Assembly (NCBI GenBank): GCA_021323475.1
Contig: JAJQJM010000001.1
Coordinates: 141-64,140, forward strand
Reading direction: 5' to 3'
DNA: 64,000 nucleotides
DNA from: Vampirovibrio sp.
Lineage (GTDB): Bacteria > Cyanobacteriota > Vampirovibrionia > Vampirovibrionales > Vampirovibrionaceae
Every line of letters begins with the position of its first letter. Within the stretch, counting starts at the first letter, position 1. Made by a program: the position numbers and the translations under genes. The notes under the pieces were generated by a model. It did no database searches. It was not told the origin of the DNA and was given only the letters and a program-made list of their open reading frames with translations. Shown piece after piece: positions 37,630 through 48,250 of this stretch.

Positions 37630-39030
37630 ATGGATTCCCCCGCCTCATCCATCAACAAAGAGCTATTGCAAAAATACAATACCGCCGGGCCTCGCTATAC
37701 CAGCTATCCCACCGCTCCCGTCTGGCAGGATAGTTATGACGCCCAAGCGCATGAGCTGACCATTCGGCAAACGAACCAGGGCGCCAATCCTCATCCGTTG
37801 TCACTCTATGCGCATTTGCCGTTTTGCGAACAGCGTTGCCTGTTCTGCGGCTGCAACGTGGTGATTACCAAGCAGCGCGATCAAGCGGAAAAATACCTGG
37901 GCTACCTGTTCAAGGAAATGGAAACCATTGCAGCCTGGATGGATCGCTCCCGCCCGGTGGTGCAATTCCATTGGGGCGGCGGCACACCGACCTATTTATC
38001 CGAAGAACAAATGGAGCGGCTCTTCAAGTTTCAGACCAGCCTGTTTCAACTCGCGCCGGATGCGGAAGTGGCCATTGAGGTCGATCCGCGCGTAACGACG
38101 CCAGAGCAACTGACCGTCCTCAAAGAATTGGGCTTTAACCGCATCAGCCTGGGGGTACAGGACTTTAACCCGCAGGTGCAGGAAGCCATTCACCGGGTGC
38201 AGCCGCTGGATATGACCACTCACATGGTGAAGCATTGCCGCGCGTTGGGCTTTGAAGGGTTAAACTTCGACCTGATTTACGGCCTGCCCTTCCAAACCGT
38301 GGAACGTTTTACCCAAACCGTGCAAGAGGTTATCGCCCTCAGCCCGGACCGGATTGCCCTCTACAGCTACGCGCATGTGCCGTGGCTCAGCCCGCACCAG
38401 ACCCAGATTCCTGAGGATGCCTTGCCGGAAACCGAAACCAAGTTCCGCATTTTGCAAATCGCCCTGCAATTGCTGACCGAAGCAGGCTACCTGTATATTG
38501 GAATGGACCACTTCGCCAAACCGCAGGATGAACTGGGTCAGGCATTGCAAAAAGGCACACTGCACCGGAACTTTATGGGCTATACCGTCCAGAAAGGCCA
38601 CCTGCCCAGCGATTTATACGGCTTCGGAGTCAGCGCCATCAGCGGCTTGCAAGGCCATTTTGCCCAGAACTGGCGCAAACTTTCGCAGTATTACGAGGCG
38701 CTGGATAACGATCGCATTCCGGTAATGCGTGGTTATGTGCTGAGCGATGAGGATAAATTGCGCCAACAGGTGATTCTGGCGATTTTATGCCAGGGCCGGA
38801 TTGAGTACAGCGAAATCAACAACCGGTTCGGCATTGATTTCAAAGCCCATTTCGCCGATTCCTTGCATCAACTGGAAGCGCCTGCACAAGACGGTCTGGT
38901 GGAACTGAACGAGCACCATCTGGTTTTGACACCGGTTGGGCGCATGTTCAGCCGCAATATTGCCATGCCCTTTGATGCGTATCTTCCTAAACTTAGCGGC
39001 GATAAGCCGACGTTTTCCAAAACCGTTTGA
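37630..39030 (+). CDS. hemN: oxygen-independent coproporphyrinogen-III oxidase (radical SAM)
   Basis: LYAHLPFCEQRCLFCGCN and GGGTPTYL motifs. Confidence 0.9.
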   Translation: MDSPASSINKELLQKYNTAGPRYTSYPTAPVWQDSYDAQAHELTIRQTNQGANPHPLSLYAHLPFCEQRCLFCGCNVVITKQRDQAEKYLGYLFKEMETIAAWMDRSRPVVQFHWGGGTPTYLSEEQMERLFKFQTSLFQLAPDAEVAIEVDPRVTTPEQLTVLKELGFNRISLGVQDFNPQVQEAIHRVQPLDMTTHMVKHCRALGFEGLNFDLIYGLPFQTVERFTQTVQEVIALSPDRIALYSYAHVPWLSPHQTQIPEDALPETETKFRILQIALQLLTEAGYLYIGMDHFAKPQDELGQALQKGTLHRNFMGYTVQKGHLPSDLYGFGVSAISGLQGHFAQNWRKLSQYYEALDNDRIPVMRGYVLSDEDKLRQQVILAILCQGRIEYSEINNRFGIDFKAHFADSLHQLEAPAQDGLVELNEHHLVLTPVGRMFSRNIAMPFDAYLPKLSGDKPTFSKTV

Positions 39031-39053
39031 TGGCCGTATAAGGAGATCTCCCA

Positions 39054-40109
39054 ATGCCTTCCCCGAAAACCGGTATTTTGCTCCTGAACATGGGCGGCCC
39101 GGACAGTCTGGAAAACGTCAGGCCGTTTCTCTTCAATTTATTTTCCGATCCGGATATTATTCGCCTGCCGTTTTCCAGCGTATTGCAAAAACCGCTAGCC
39201 AACCGTATTTCCACCAAACGGGAAAAAGAGGCCCAGGAAAACTACGCGCAAATGGGCGGTGCCTCACCCATCCTGCATTATACGCAAGCCCAGGCGGAAG
39301 GGCTGAAAGCGGAGTTGGCCCAGCGAGGCTACCCGAACCTGAATACTTATATCGCCATGCGCTACTGGCACCCTTTTACGGATGCAGCGGTGGATCAAAT
39401 CATGCGGGATGGCATTGAACGCCTGATTGTATTGCCCCTGTACCCACATTTTTCCTATACCACCACAGGTAGCAGCCTGAATGAGCTGAAGCGTGTATTG
39501 GAGGCCCGTGGCTTACGGTTGGAACTGTCCGTTATCCCGTCTTATTTTGATTACCCTGTGTTTGAGCGGGCGGTGGCGGAAAATATTCGCTATGCGCTGG
39601 AAAACGAGTGCTGGAGCTGCCCACCGGATGAAGTACAACTGTTGTTCACCGCGCATAGTTTGCCGTTAAAACACATCAAACGCACTCAGGACCCATACCC
39701 GGATCAGGTCTATAAAACGGCGGAACGCATTGCCAAAACTTATTTTCCCAATAACCAATGGGAATTGTCGTACCAGAGTCAGGTCGGAAAAATGCCCTGG
39801 TTGGGGCCTTACACCGATGGGGTGCTGCATTATTTTTCCGGCAAAAGAATTGATAACGTACTGATGATCGCCATCAGCTTCGTGTCGGATCACGTGGAAA
39901 CATTGGTTGAGATTGACCGCATGTTTATCCCGATTGCGAATGACCTGGAGATTACCCATTGCCACCGGGCTCCCGCCTTGAACACCAGCCCGACTTTCAT
40001 CCGGGCTTTGGCGGACCTGACAATGGAACGGCTTGAGGAGCGTTCTGCGGAAAACCCGCTGGCATTTCCCACCTTTCCGGAATTGTTAAAAGCGCAGGCT
40101 TCGTCTTAA
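39054..40109 (+). CDS. hemH: ferrochelatase
   Basis: GILLLNMGGPDSLE…YWHPF and other ferrochelatase motifs. Confidence 0.9.
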   Translation: MPSPKTGILLLNMGGPDSLENVRPFLFNLFSDPDIIRLPFSSVLQKPLANRISTKREKEAQENYAQMGGASPILHYTQAQAEGLKAELAQRGYPNLNTYIAMRYWHPFTDAAVDQIMRDGIERLIVLPLYPHFSYTTTGSSLNELKRVLEARGLRLELSVIPSYFDYPVFERAVAENIRYALENECWSCPPDEVQLLFTAHSLPLKHIKRTQDPYPDQVYKTAERIAKTYFPNNQWELSYQSQVGKMPWLGPYTDGVLHYFSGKRIDNVLMIAISFVSDHVETLVEIDRMFIPIANDLEITHCHRAPALNTSPTFIRALADLTMERLEERSAENPLAFPTFPELLKAQASS

Positions 40110-41488
40110 TGATTCAAGCGTCGCCATCCCATTGCGACACTTTAGTAATCGGTGCAGGCGTTAGCGGCCTGAGCGCCGCTTACCAGTTACATCAGGCCGG
40201 TAAAGCGGTGCGGGTCATTGAAGCGAGTCCCCATGCGGGGGGCCTTATTCGTTCCCACTGGGAGGCAGGATTTTTAACCGAAGCGGGCCCCAATACCTTT
40301 CCCAGTACCGCCACGGAAATTCTGGACCTTTGCGAACAACTCCGGTTGGAGCCCCAGGCGACACACCCGAACGCCAAAAAACGATATTTGTATTTGAATG
40401 GCAAGCTGACGGCCCTGCCCGGCCATCCTCTGCAAGCCGTAACCACTCCCGCATTATCGTTATTCGGGAAGCTAAGAGCGCTGCAAGAACCCTTCCAGCC
40501 CAGAACTCGCACCAATGACATCAGCGTGGCCGACTTTCTTGAAAATCGCGTTGGTAAAGAAGTGGTTGAGCGCTTGGCGGATCCGTTTATCAGTGGCATT
40601 TATGCCGGCAATGTGGCCGAACTCAGCCTGCCCGCCGTGTTCCCTAAATTGTGGCAGTGGGAGCAATCCGCGGGAGGTTTGCTGAAAGGGGCCAGGCAAG
40701 CAAAACGAGCTTCCCGCCATTCAAATACTCCCAAAAAGCCTATGCAGCTTTTGAGCTTTGCAGGCGGTCTGGAATCGTTCATTAGCGCTCTGGTAAACGC
40801 CCTTCCAGAAGGAACCTGTCACTTCGGGCACAGTGTGACCCAAGTGGAAGTGACCGAAACAGGCTACCAAGTACAGTTACACACCGGTGAGTTGTTGACA
40901 TGCCATCACGTAATCATCGCCACCCCGGCGTATACTGCGGCGCGTTTAATCCATTCCCTGAGTGAATCGGGCAGCAACGCCTTGCAAAATATTCCCTATA
41001 ACGGATTGGCCGTGGTGCATTTGGGCTTTAACAAAGCCGATATTCCCCATCCCCTGGACGGATTCGGCTGCCTGATTCCCCGCCGGGAAAAATTACCCCT
41101 ATTAGGCACAATTTGGGCCAGCAGCCTGTTTCCCAACCGGGCACCGGAAGGCCAGGTGCTGCTCAGCAATTTCATCGGCGGCGCGCATCACCCGGAAATT
41201 GTGGGGTGGCCACCGGCCAAGATTGAGCAATTGGTACTGCGGAATTTGCAAACCGTTTTTAAGATTCCTGAACCCATCCAGCCCACCTATAGCCAAGCAC
41301 TGATTTACGACAAGGCCATTCCGCAATACAGTCTGGGCCACTTAAACAGAATCCAAACCATTGAGGCCGAGTTGCAAAAAAATCCGCATTTGCATTTATG
41401 CGGGAACTATTTACACGGCATTGCCCTGAACGAATGCGTGAAATCCGGCCTTGCTGCCGCCAATGCGATTATCGACCCTTTAAAATAA
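40109..41488 (+). CDS. hemY: FAD-dependent protoporphyrinogen/coproporphyrinogen oxidase (HemY family)
   Basis: N-terminal dinucleotide-binding GAGVSGLSAAY and overall HemY length and pattern. Confidence 0.8.
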   Translation: MIQASPSHCDTLVIGAGVSGLSAAYQLHQAGKAVRVIEASPHAGGLIRSHWEAGFLTEAGPNTFPSTATEILDLCEQLRLEPQATHPNAKKRYLYLNGKLTALPGHPLQAVTTPALSLFGKLRALQEPFQPRTRTNDISVADFLENRVGKEVVERLADPFISGIYAGNVAELSLPAVFPKLWQWEQSAGGLLKGARQAKRASRHSNTPKKPMQLLSFAGGLESFISALVNALPEGTCHFGHSVTQVEVTETGYQVQLHTGELLTCHHVIIATPAYTAARLIHSLSESGSNALQNIPYNGLAVVHLGFNKADIPHPLDGFGCLIPRREKLPLLGTIWASSLFPNRAPEGQVLLSNFIGGAHHPEIVGWPPAKIEQLVLRNLQTVFKIPEPIQPTYSQALIYDKAIPQYSLGHLNRIQTIEAELQKNPHLHLCGNYLHGIALNECVKSGLAAANAIIDPLK

Positions 41489-43562
41489 GCGCTTGAAGCG
41501 ACTGCACCCAAGCGATTTCCGTTTCAGTCAGGCCGTAACTTTCATAAACCGAACTGTTTAATTCGCTCCAAATCGCTTCGCGCGGCTGATTCGCTTTGGG
41601 GTCAGATAATTCCTGGGCCAAAGCACTTAATTTGGATCGAACATTATCCGTCATACCGGTAGGCTTGGGAAAGCAAAGCAACACGTCTTTATCAATCTGC
41701 AGACGATGCCCTTTGCGTTTTTGCTTATAAAACCAGTACCAGCCCAACGTGGAATTTAACAGGGCACACAGTAAAAACGGATCCGCTTCCGTTCGGACGC
41801 TGTAAAACCCTTCATTTACATACGCCGGGAACTCAATCACCGCAAAGGATGGCACCATTACCTGCCGGGGGCATAGAATCTTGCGGGCGTCTTCAAACCA
41901 AATTGGCTGCCGCGCCCGATGCAGGCCATACGGCGCAAAATCGGACGTTAACACCGGACGAAACCGATCCAGGTGTTTTCTGATTTGCGGATAAGACGTG
42001 ACTGCATTTTCCATTAAAGTGCGATTTTGCGCGTTGCCGTAAATCAAGTAATAGTCGGGCTGTGTGCCTTTAAATCCCTGGAACGGTAAAAAACCGGCAG
42101 GTTGAAAATAAGGTTTTAGCAACTGCTGTTCCGTATCATTCAGAGCCAACGCCCGCACTTCCGCCGCATCCAGCAGAAAAATGCCCGCATGCTCCGGGAT
42201 ATTCTCAGCCGTTTCCCGCAACAGTCGTTCCCGATCCTGTTTTTTCAAACGCCCTTGAGGCAATACAATCCCCTGCTGGACCTGCATTTGATTTAATAAG
42301 GGCTCCAGGGCGGATAATTTATCCATGAGCCCCATTTCGATAGAATCGCCATACAACAGCTTACCGGAAGCCTGATTAAGAGTAAAAACCACCGACTTCA
42401 ATTGACGCGCATCGAGATCATGCTCGCCACAACCAAAACCCATTTGAGTCGCCTGACACGGCGGCTCGCTCGCTATCGTTTCGTTTTTGGATTCACGGTT
42501 ATTTTTTTGCCAGATTAAAAAAGAACTATGGTGTCCCGGCGCATTTTTAAACAGCCTGCTGTCCTGAAATGACCAGAATTCCCGTATAGCACCTTGCCGC
42601 CACAGGTGTTTCCGCAAGTCGGCGGTGCTGGTTCGCTGGGTCCTATATTCCGGCAATACATATACCAAATGCCCTTTGGGGGATAAATGCTCCACGCCCC
42701 ATGCTAAAAACGCGTCACATAAATCCATTTTGGGTTGATAATAACCCTGCCTATTCTGCAAGGGTTGAAACCGCCCGGATTGTTTTCGCACCTCTGATAC
42801 ATACGGCGGATTCCCCAATATAAAATCCCAGGCATGCGTGTGTGAAAACACCTCCTGCTGCATGGTATTACCCCATCGAATCTGGCTAGGCAATGAAGCC
42901 AGGGAGAGCCATGCCTCGGACGCATCCAGTCGATGCACCCACTGAAGCAGGCGACACTCGGCAATCATCACACTAAGTGGATCAATATCCACCCCATACA
43001 ATTGATGCAGAAACACATGCCTGGCAGGATTTTCCGTGACTAATTCGACATCGATTTGATTTACCTGCTGATAAAAATCGCTCAGCACCTTGAGTGCTTC
43101 CATCAAAAAAACCCCGGTCCCACAGGCCGGATCAATCACCTTCAACCCACGCACAACCTCAAGCAATGCCAATGCCGCGGCAACTTGCCCGTTCCGCATG
43201 AGCGCCTGTATATTCGCTCGCTGTTCATCCAAATACACCCCCAAGGAGCGGCGGGTTAAGTAAGCCGCCACTGGAACCGGCGTATAAAACACACCGGATT
43301 GGGGCTGACCCTGTTTACGCTGCTTTTTCGCCAGCGTTTCTAAAATATCCTGATAACGCAACACCCACTCATCGTTGGTTTGACCTATCAATTGAGAACT
43401 ACCCGGCATTTTGGAAAGCAGCAATCCGTCAGCACTGGGGGTATTCTTCAAATCTTCGCCGCACGGATATTGTGCCCGCAATGTATCCCAAGCCAGTCGG
43501 GATAATTCCGGGATAGAATCCAAAGATATATCAGAATGATCCGCAAGTAAGTGGGTACTCAT
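41469..43562 (-). CDS. N6-adenine DNA methyltransferase, Eco57I/TaqI family (gamma class), apparently orphan
   Basis: Motif I VIDPACGTGVFL and motif IV FILGNPPYV, plus a large C-terminal TRD-like region. 697 aa. No adjacent endonuclease-sized ORF. GC is lower than in the flanking genes. Confidence 0.8.
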   Translation of the reverse strand: MSTHLLADHSDISLDSIPELSRLAWDTLRAQYPCGEDLKNTPSADGLLLSKMPGSSQLIGQTNDEWVLRYQDILETLAKKQRKQGQPQSGVFYTPVPVAAYLTRRSLGVYLDEQRANIQALMRNGQVAAALALLEVVRGLKVIDPACGTGVFLMEALKVLSDFYQQVNQIDVELVTENPARHVFLHQLYGVDIDPLSVMIAECRLLQWVHRLDASEAWLSLASLPSQIRWGNTMQQEVFSHTHAWDFILGNPPYVSEVRKQSGRFQPLQNRQGYYQPKMDLCDAFLAWGVEHLSPKGHLVYVLPEYRTQRTSTADLRKHLWRQGAIREFWSFQDSRLFKNAPGHHSSFLIWQKNNRESKNETIASEPPCQATQMGFGCGEHDLDARQLKSVVFTLNQASGKLLYGDSIEMGLMDKLSALEPLLNQMQVQQGIVLPQGRLKKQDRERLLRETAENIPEHAGIFLLDAAEVRALALNDTEQQLLKPYFQPAGFLPFQGFKGTQPDYYLIYGNAQNRTLMENAVTSYPQIRKHLDRFRPVLTSDFAPYGLHRARQPIWFEDARKILCPRQVMVPSFAVIEFPAYVNEGFYSVRTEADPFLLCALLNSTLGWYWFYKQKRKGHRLQIDKDVLLCFPKPTGMTDNVRSKLSALAQELSDPKANQPREAIWSELNSSVYESYGLTETEIAWVQSLQALILKGR

Positions 43563-43976
43563 GTCCCTATGCTATCCCATTGCGCCCCGGAAGAAAAGAG
43601 TCTATATGAGTTAGCAAAAAGTGAAGAAAAAGAAAAAGATGAGAACGGAGAGCGAATGTGTTCTCATCAAAAGGAGAGGGCGAAATTAAAAATGAACCCA
43701 GTCTATATCCCAGAGAGCAGATTCCTCATCCCACCTAACGGAACCTGGCTTGAAACGGGCAATGCCTTGCAACCGGCTGCCAGCACATAGAGAGCGCAAA
43801 TGTGGCAGGCGCCTGTTTGGTTGTGGATTGCTTGATTCCGTTTCATCTCTATCTTCCTTCTACCTACTTTTCCACCACTTCCTACTCAGTTTTCCCTAGT
43901 GTTATGTCAAAACCTTCTACTCAACAAATGTATTGCCTAATTAAACATTTAAGCTGAAAACAAACCCGCAAAGCGA

Positions 43977-44207
43977 TTAGTTGGCGACTTCAACACCGGC
44001 AATGGATTGCAGTGATGCATAGTCACGCACGGCTTCGGATTTCATTTCAACCGGCTCACCTACGAAAATAGCAAAAATTTCGGAAGACACTTCATCATAA
44101 AGCGAATCATAGTCTACTAACGATTTAGGCTGCGGCATCGGCACGGACGTGGATACGAATTGCAGCTCACTATAAACCAAAGCTTTTGGATCAGGCGTGA
44201 AACTCAT
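43977..44207 (-). CDS. small acidic hypothetical protein (76 aa) in a low-GC island
   Basis: GAGGAG RBS 10 nt upstream of the ATG. Confidence 0.4.
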   Translation of the reverse strand: MSFTPDPKALVYSELQFVSTSVPMPQPKSLVDYDSLYDEVSSEIFAIFVGEPVEMKSEAVRDYASLQSIAGVEVAN

Positions 44208-45127
44208 GACAAGCGATGCTCCTCTACTAACTTCCTATTTAAACTCTACCTCGACACATCTCAAAACAAGTATTGAATCTGAAATAAAATCTACCAACGA
44301 ACTTCTCTACTAATTTCATAGTACACCATTCAAAAATAAAAACAATCTATTGGATTTCAACCCAATTCCTCCTCAATCCCAATTCATATCCTTTACACCC
44401 CATGACAACATCTACTAAAAATCCTGCTTAAATCCAAAAGCGCCAAACAGGCGTCATTCAGAAACATTTGTTAACTTAACATTCATTCATATCCCTTCTG
44501 TCAGCCGGTTAAGACCAGTAAGCGCTCTATTGGCGTATCAGCCTACTTTATTGATGCCAGGGCTTATTCCCCGCAGTTTGTATGTCAGCCTGATTTTATT
44601 ATCATGTGCTTGTTAGCATTTAACCGTCACGGGAGAATCCTCCGTGTTTCACACTGTTCATCACTCGCCACCCGTTCAGACCATACCCAAGCTCGATGGA
44701 GGCTCCAAGCCCACCGGGGCAAGCTCAGAGCTACCCCACTATAATGGCCCGTTTAATCCGTCTCTGGATCTTCTTCAAACCAAACTGGCTTCGGCAAGAG
44801 AGAAACAGGCCCAGCAAATCAAAGACGAGTTCAAACGAACAGTCCATGCCGCTGCCGAAGCGGCTAAAAAAGCGAAAAGCTGATTTTAAGCCCCCAGTCT
44901 TGGTTGACTTAGCCTGGGCTTTCTTTGAATTCAGAGAATGTATGGCCCCTCTGTTTACAAGTTTGAAATCCGTATACTCTATCAATTCCCGGTAATCATT
45001 CGGGCTTGTGAAAGTATACGGATCCAAACCACATCATCAACCAGAGGTGGGAAGCGCTTTGGCAAGCTCACCGACCGGATATCGGATGGCCATTGACGCC
45101 TGAGAGATTTTCAGTTTGATCACCGCT

Positions 45128-45445
45128 TCAGGCTACAAACGACAGCCGAAACAGCGGAGAGGTCAATGAGTTGAGAGACACGCCCTTCGTCATTGATCCT
45201 GCAGCCGTCCAATCCGTTCCCGCATTCGGACTGAACACCGCCATGGTGGGATCGGTTCCCAGCGTTATGGCTTCCAGTTCGGATACCTCATCACGGAGTT
45301 GATCCACTTGGCGTTGCGCCTCATAAACGGACGCTCCCGGGGTATAACCAACCGGCGCGCCATAAAGCGCGTTACTCTCCACAAAGTCCAGCGGGTAATT
45401 AACAGTAGACTGCCCGCCAGTTCCACTAAAGGCTAACATATTCAT
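45128..45445 (-). CDS. small hypothetical protein (105 aa) in a low-GC island
   Basis: AAGGAGA RBS 6 nt upstream of the ATG. Confidence 0.45.
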   Translation of the reverse strand: MNMLAFSGTGGQSTVNYPLDFVESNALYGAPVGYTPGASVYEAQRQVDQLRDEVSELEAITLGTDPTMAVFSPNAGTDWTAAGSMTKGVSLNSLTSPLFRLSFVA

Positions 45446-45900
45446 TCTCCTTAAATACTGCCTGTTAAAAACAGGTTAATCGCTGAACATAAGTCGCTTG
45501 CAAATGCGGCCAGGGGGAAAACTGACTCCGGTGTAATTGCGGAACGACCCTATACAAGTTTCACTAGGCTTAAACACTCTGGATAGATAATTACGCTCAG
45601 TTTTATATCTCAATATAATAAAAACATATCAACGCTTAAAATTGCCTTTTTTATATCCTAATAACATCCCAACCCCTCAGCACACGGTACATGCAGCATT
45701 CCATCTCCTTCTCAGACAACCCACCCTTCAGAAACCACGGCTTAAAACAAACGTCTATCGATTAAGGCCGAGCAACCTGGAATCGCACCTGTTTCCATAA
45801 TGAACGTTTTGTTTTCGGAGGGCTGTCTCTTTAGGCAGAAGCTATCGGCCATCCTAAATAATTCCAACCTACCGCAGCTTCTGGATCCCTCAATCGTTCC

Positions 45901-45939
45901 ATGCAAAAGACGGCCTGCTGCTCATCAGCAAGGCCGTCT
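45901..45939 (-). terminator. rho-independent terminator for repeat-protein gene 1
   Basis: 9-bp stem AGACGGCCT/AGGCCGTCT with a U run on the minus-strand transcript. Confidence 0.55.
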
Positions 45940-45972
45940 CGTTTTGTCTCCTCTAAACAACAGTAATCTTGA

Positions 45973-47166
45973 TTAGTAGCCGCCTCCAGCACCTGCCGTT
46001 GGCTTAACAACAGCTGCAGCAAGACCCGGGCCACCGCCTTTACTTGCATACCCGGCACCGGCGTTACCGGCGTTACCAGCATTGCCTGCATTTCCGGCAT
46101 TGCCTGCGTTACCTGCGTTGCCGGCGTTTCCTGCATTACCTGCGTTGCCCGCATTGCCTGCGTTGCCCGCATTGCCTGCGTTGCCCGCATTGCCTGCGTT
46201 GCCTGCGTTGCCTGCGTTGCCCGCGTTGCCGGCATTACCTGCGTTACCGGCCTGACCACCTAAGGAACCTGCGTATGGATTGCCCGCACCGGCACCGGCA
46301 CCGGCACCGCCCATCATATTGGTTAGCAATGACATCAGCATCGTCAATATCTGTAGGACAATGCCCATCATGCCACCTCCTGTGGCATCTGCGCCTGGAG
46401 CAGGTGCTGCAGCAGCTTTATTACCCGCTCCTGCATTTCCGGCATTGCCCGCATTCCCCGCGTTTCCGGCATTGCCTGCATTACCGGCACCTTTACCACC
46501 ACCAGCGCCTTTGGCTTCGCCGTTCTCAATATTGGAATCTAAATCCCCGGAGGTGACGGCATTAATGGCCCGCTGATATTTCTTATCATCTTCTACAGCA
46601 TCCTTATCGGTACTGTTGAAGACCTGCTTCAGATCCAGGTCGCCATTGCCTAACGCTTCGCCAACCGCACCGATTGTTTCCACGTCGTTTTGACCAACGC
46701 CCGGCTTTTTCGCCAAGTCGCCTCTTCCATTTTTTTCCAGTAGTTCCTTCAAACGACCATTGTTATAGTTACCACCCGCGTTTTTATAACGCGATGCCAC
46801 CAATAGGAATGTCTTTTGTGGGCCGTCCGGCAATTTAGCCAGGTTATTCATGGCTCCAGGCATTTGGCCGGCTTTTAATCGCCCTCCGGCCAAAAACTCC
46901 GCCGCATAACCGGTTACAATCCCCGCTCGGTCGCCGCCTGCTTTTTTAAGTTTATCCTGATTAACGTTACCACCCTGATCGACAGCCTCTGCATAGGCTT
47001 GAGCGGACTTCACATTACCCAAAACAAGACCGCTCAAATTCGGTCCGGCATTGGCTCCTACTGCTGGTCCGGCAGCTGCGGCAGCAGGAATTCCACCGCC
47101 ATATGCATTGAGCATATTCATCATTGTGGCATATGGATTTATTAAACTGCTATATGGACTAACCAT
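45973..47166 (-). CDS. (Gly-Asn-Ala)n collagen-like tandem-repeat protein, large paralog
   Basis: 397 aa with an AGGAGA RBS. Unique N-terminal ~215 aa. Short (GNA)n block, then hydrophobic helix GMMGIVLQILTMLMSLLTNMMGG, then ~29 uninterrupted GNA triplets, ending …VVKPTAGAGGGY. Confidence 0.7.
   Translation of the reverse strand: MVSPYSSLINPYATMMNMLNAYGGGIPAAAAAGPAVGANAGPNLSGLVLGNVKSAQAYAEAVDQGGNVNQDKLKKAGGDRAGIVTGYAAEFLAGGRLKAGQMPGAMNNLAKLPDGPQKTFLLVASRYKNAGGNYNNGRLKELLEKNGRGDLAKKPGVGQNDVETIGAVGEALGNGDLDLKQVFNSTDKDAVEDDKKYQRAINAVTSGDLDSNIENGEAKGAGGGKGAGNAGNAGNAGNAGNAGNAGAGNKAAAAPAPGADATGGGMMGIVLQILTMLMSLLTNMMGGAGAGAGAGNPYAGSLGGQAGNAGNAGNAGNAGNAGNAGNAGNAGNAGNAGNAGNAGNAGNAGNAGNAGNAGNAGNAGNAGNAGAGYASKGGGPGLAAAVVKPTAGAGGGY
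46059..46251. repeat. tandem 9-bp (GCNGGNAAY-type) repeats encoding (GNA)n, long block of gene 1
   Basis: Repeated gcctgcgttgcccgcattgcc units in the sequence. A shorter block is at 46432..46491. Confidence 0.85.
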
Positions 47167-47440
47167 CTGCTGTCTCCTAACTGTAATTTGCGCTCTCCAA
47201 AACCTGTGGGAAAATCTGGAAATTTAATTTGCTGAATTGCTGATTCGATTGAATTTGCTGTAATTAGCGATACTTAAATCTCTTTGCACCTTATTAATCT
47301 GTTTGAATCTCTCTAATCCGCTTGCTCTCTCTAAATGGAACCGGGCCTTCGGCATCCTATCCGGCATGACTAGCTGAACTTGTCAGCTATGCCATACCGC
47401 CAATAGGATGATGGATTTCTCAGTATGGCTTGCGTTAGCC

Positions 47441-47565
47441 AACCGAAATAAAACCATTACAACAATCGATTTCTCTCTGTTGTTGCCCTCCAATTTCTTC
47501 TATATAAATAAAAACATTTAACAAGGCAGAATTGCCTCTTTCCGTACATCTGTTACGTTTGGCAA
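47441..47565. promoter_or_regulatory. conserved upstream element, copy 1 (~300 bp upstream of repeat gene 1)
   Basis: Near-identical to 48921..49035; core TCTCTCTNNTGTTGCCCTCCAATTTCTTCTANNNAAATAAAAACATTTAA. Confidence 0.5.
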
Positions 47566-48202
47566 AATACACGCCATAACCAAGCAGGCAACAACCTTGG
47601 GCCGGTCATAATTCCCAACACCTGAACTAAACGCTGTAGCCACACAGTTGAGATGGCTGATTTATCTATCAGCCCCTTAATTTTTAACGCTCTAAAAATA
47701 TCAAAACCCTCCCATTCTGTGCATTCCCAGCAATTTCAAAGGTCAGCAACGCCATTTGAACCCAAGACTATCAACCGGCCTGAGCGATACATAGTCCGGT
47801 TGAAAATGGCGGTTTCTCTTTAGAGATGGACCTACCTATATTCCGTCTACGCGGGAATAATGCCCCTGAAAAAAGGTTGTAATCTGCGCATTACGGAAAT
47901 GCGTTCGAGAAAATAATCAATATTCTGTTATGGTAGACAGCCTGGTAATTAGGCATCCTTCTTACATGCTCCCTTACCGCCGACCTATGGTAGTCCGGTA
48001 ACATGATCGCTTTTATGGAGGCGATGCTCCCAATGAAATTACCTCAACAGAAAACCGGCAATTTATAAATAATTCACCCTAAGAAAAGCGCGCCAGGCTT
48101 CTCTCATGCCCTCTCAAACACTCCATAGCCTTCTTTCATATAAGGCCTTCATCTCTTCATTTATTAGACCGCCAATACAAGTCTAGCCAAGCCACTAAGC
48201 AA

Positions 48203-48230
48203 CAGGGCAGCCGTTTACACGACTGCCCTG
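48203..48230 (-). terminator. hairpin terminator downstream of repeat gene 2
   Basis: CAGGGCAG…CTGCCCTG stem immediately after the stop codon. Confidence 0.4.
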
Positions 48231-48250
48231 TAAATTTACTTGGAGTGCTA

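Noticed and set aside
39054-41488. Possible coproporphyrin-dependent heme branch (hemH before hemY)
   Set aside because: Gene order alone is not diagnostic. hemN, the protoporphyrin-route CPO, is present and no hemQ/chdC is seen in the window.
43551-43790. 79-aa plus-strand ORF overlapping the MTase start
   Set aside because: Its 5' two-thirds are antisense to the MTase N-terminus. Only the last 32 codons have an RBS. It is mentioned in a finding but not called as a feature.
46059-46251. Possible CRISPR array
   Set aside because: The repeats are 9 bp, contiguous with no spacers, and lie in-frame inside a CDS. This is a coding tandem repeat, not CRISPR.
45831-46576. ORFs 45831..46259(-), 46044..46556(+) and 46280..46576(+) inside the repeat region
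   Set aside because: They are alternative-frame or antisense readings of the 9-bp tandem repeat array. Their translations are repeat artefacts (CLRCP…, ATQATQ…). The RBS-supported frame is 45973..47166(-).
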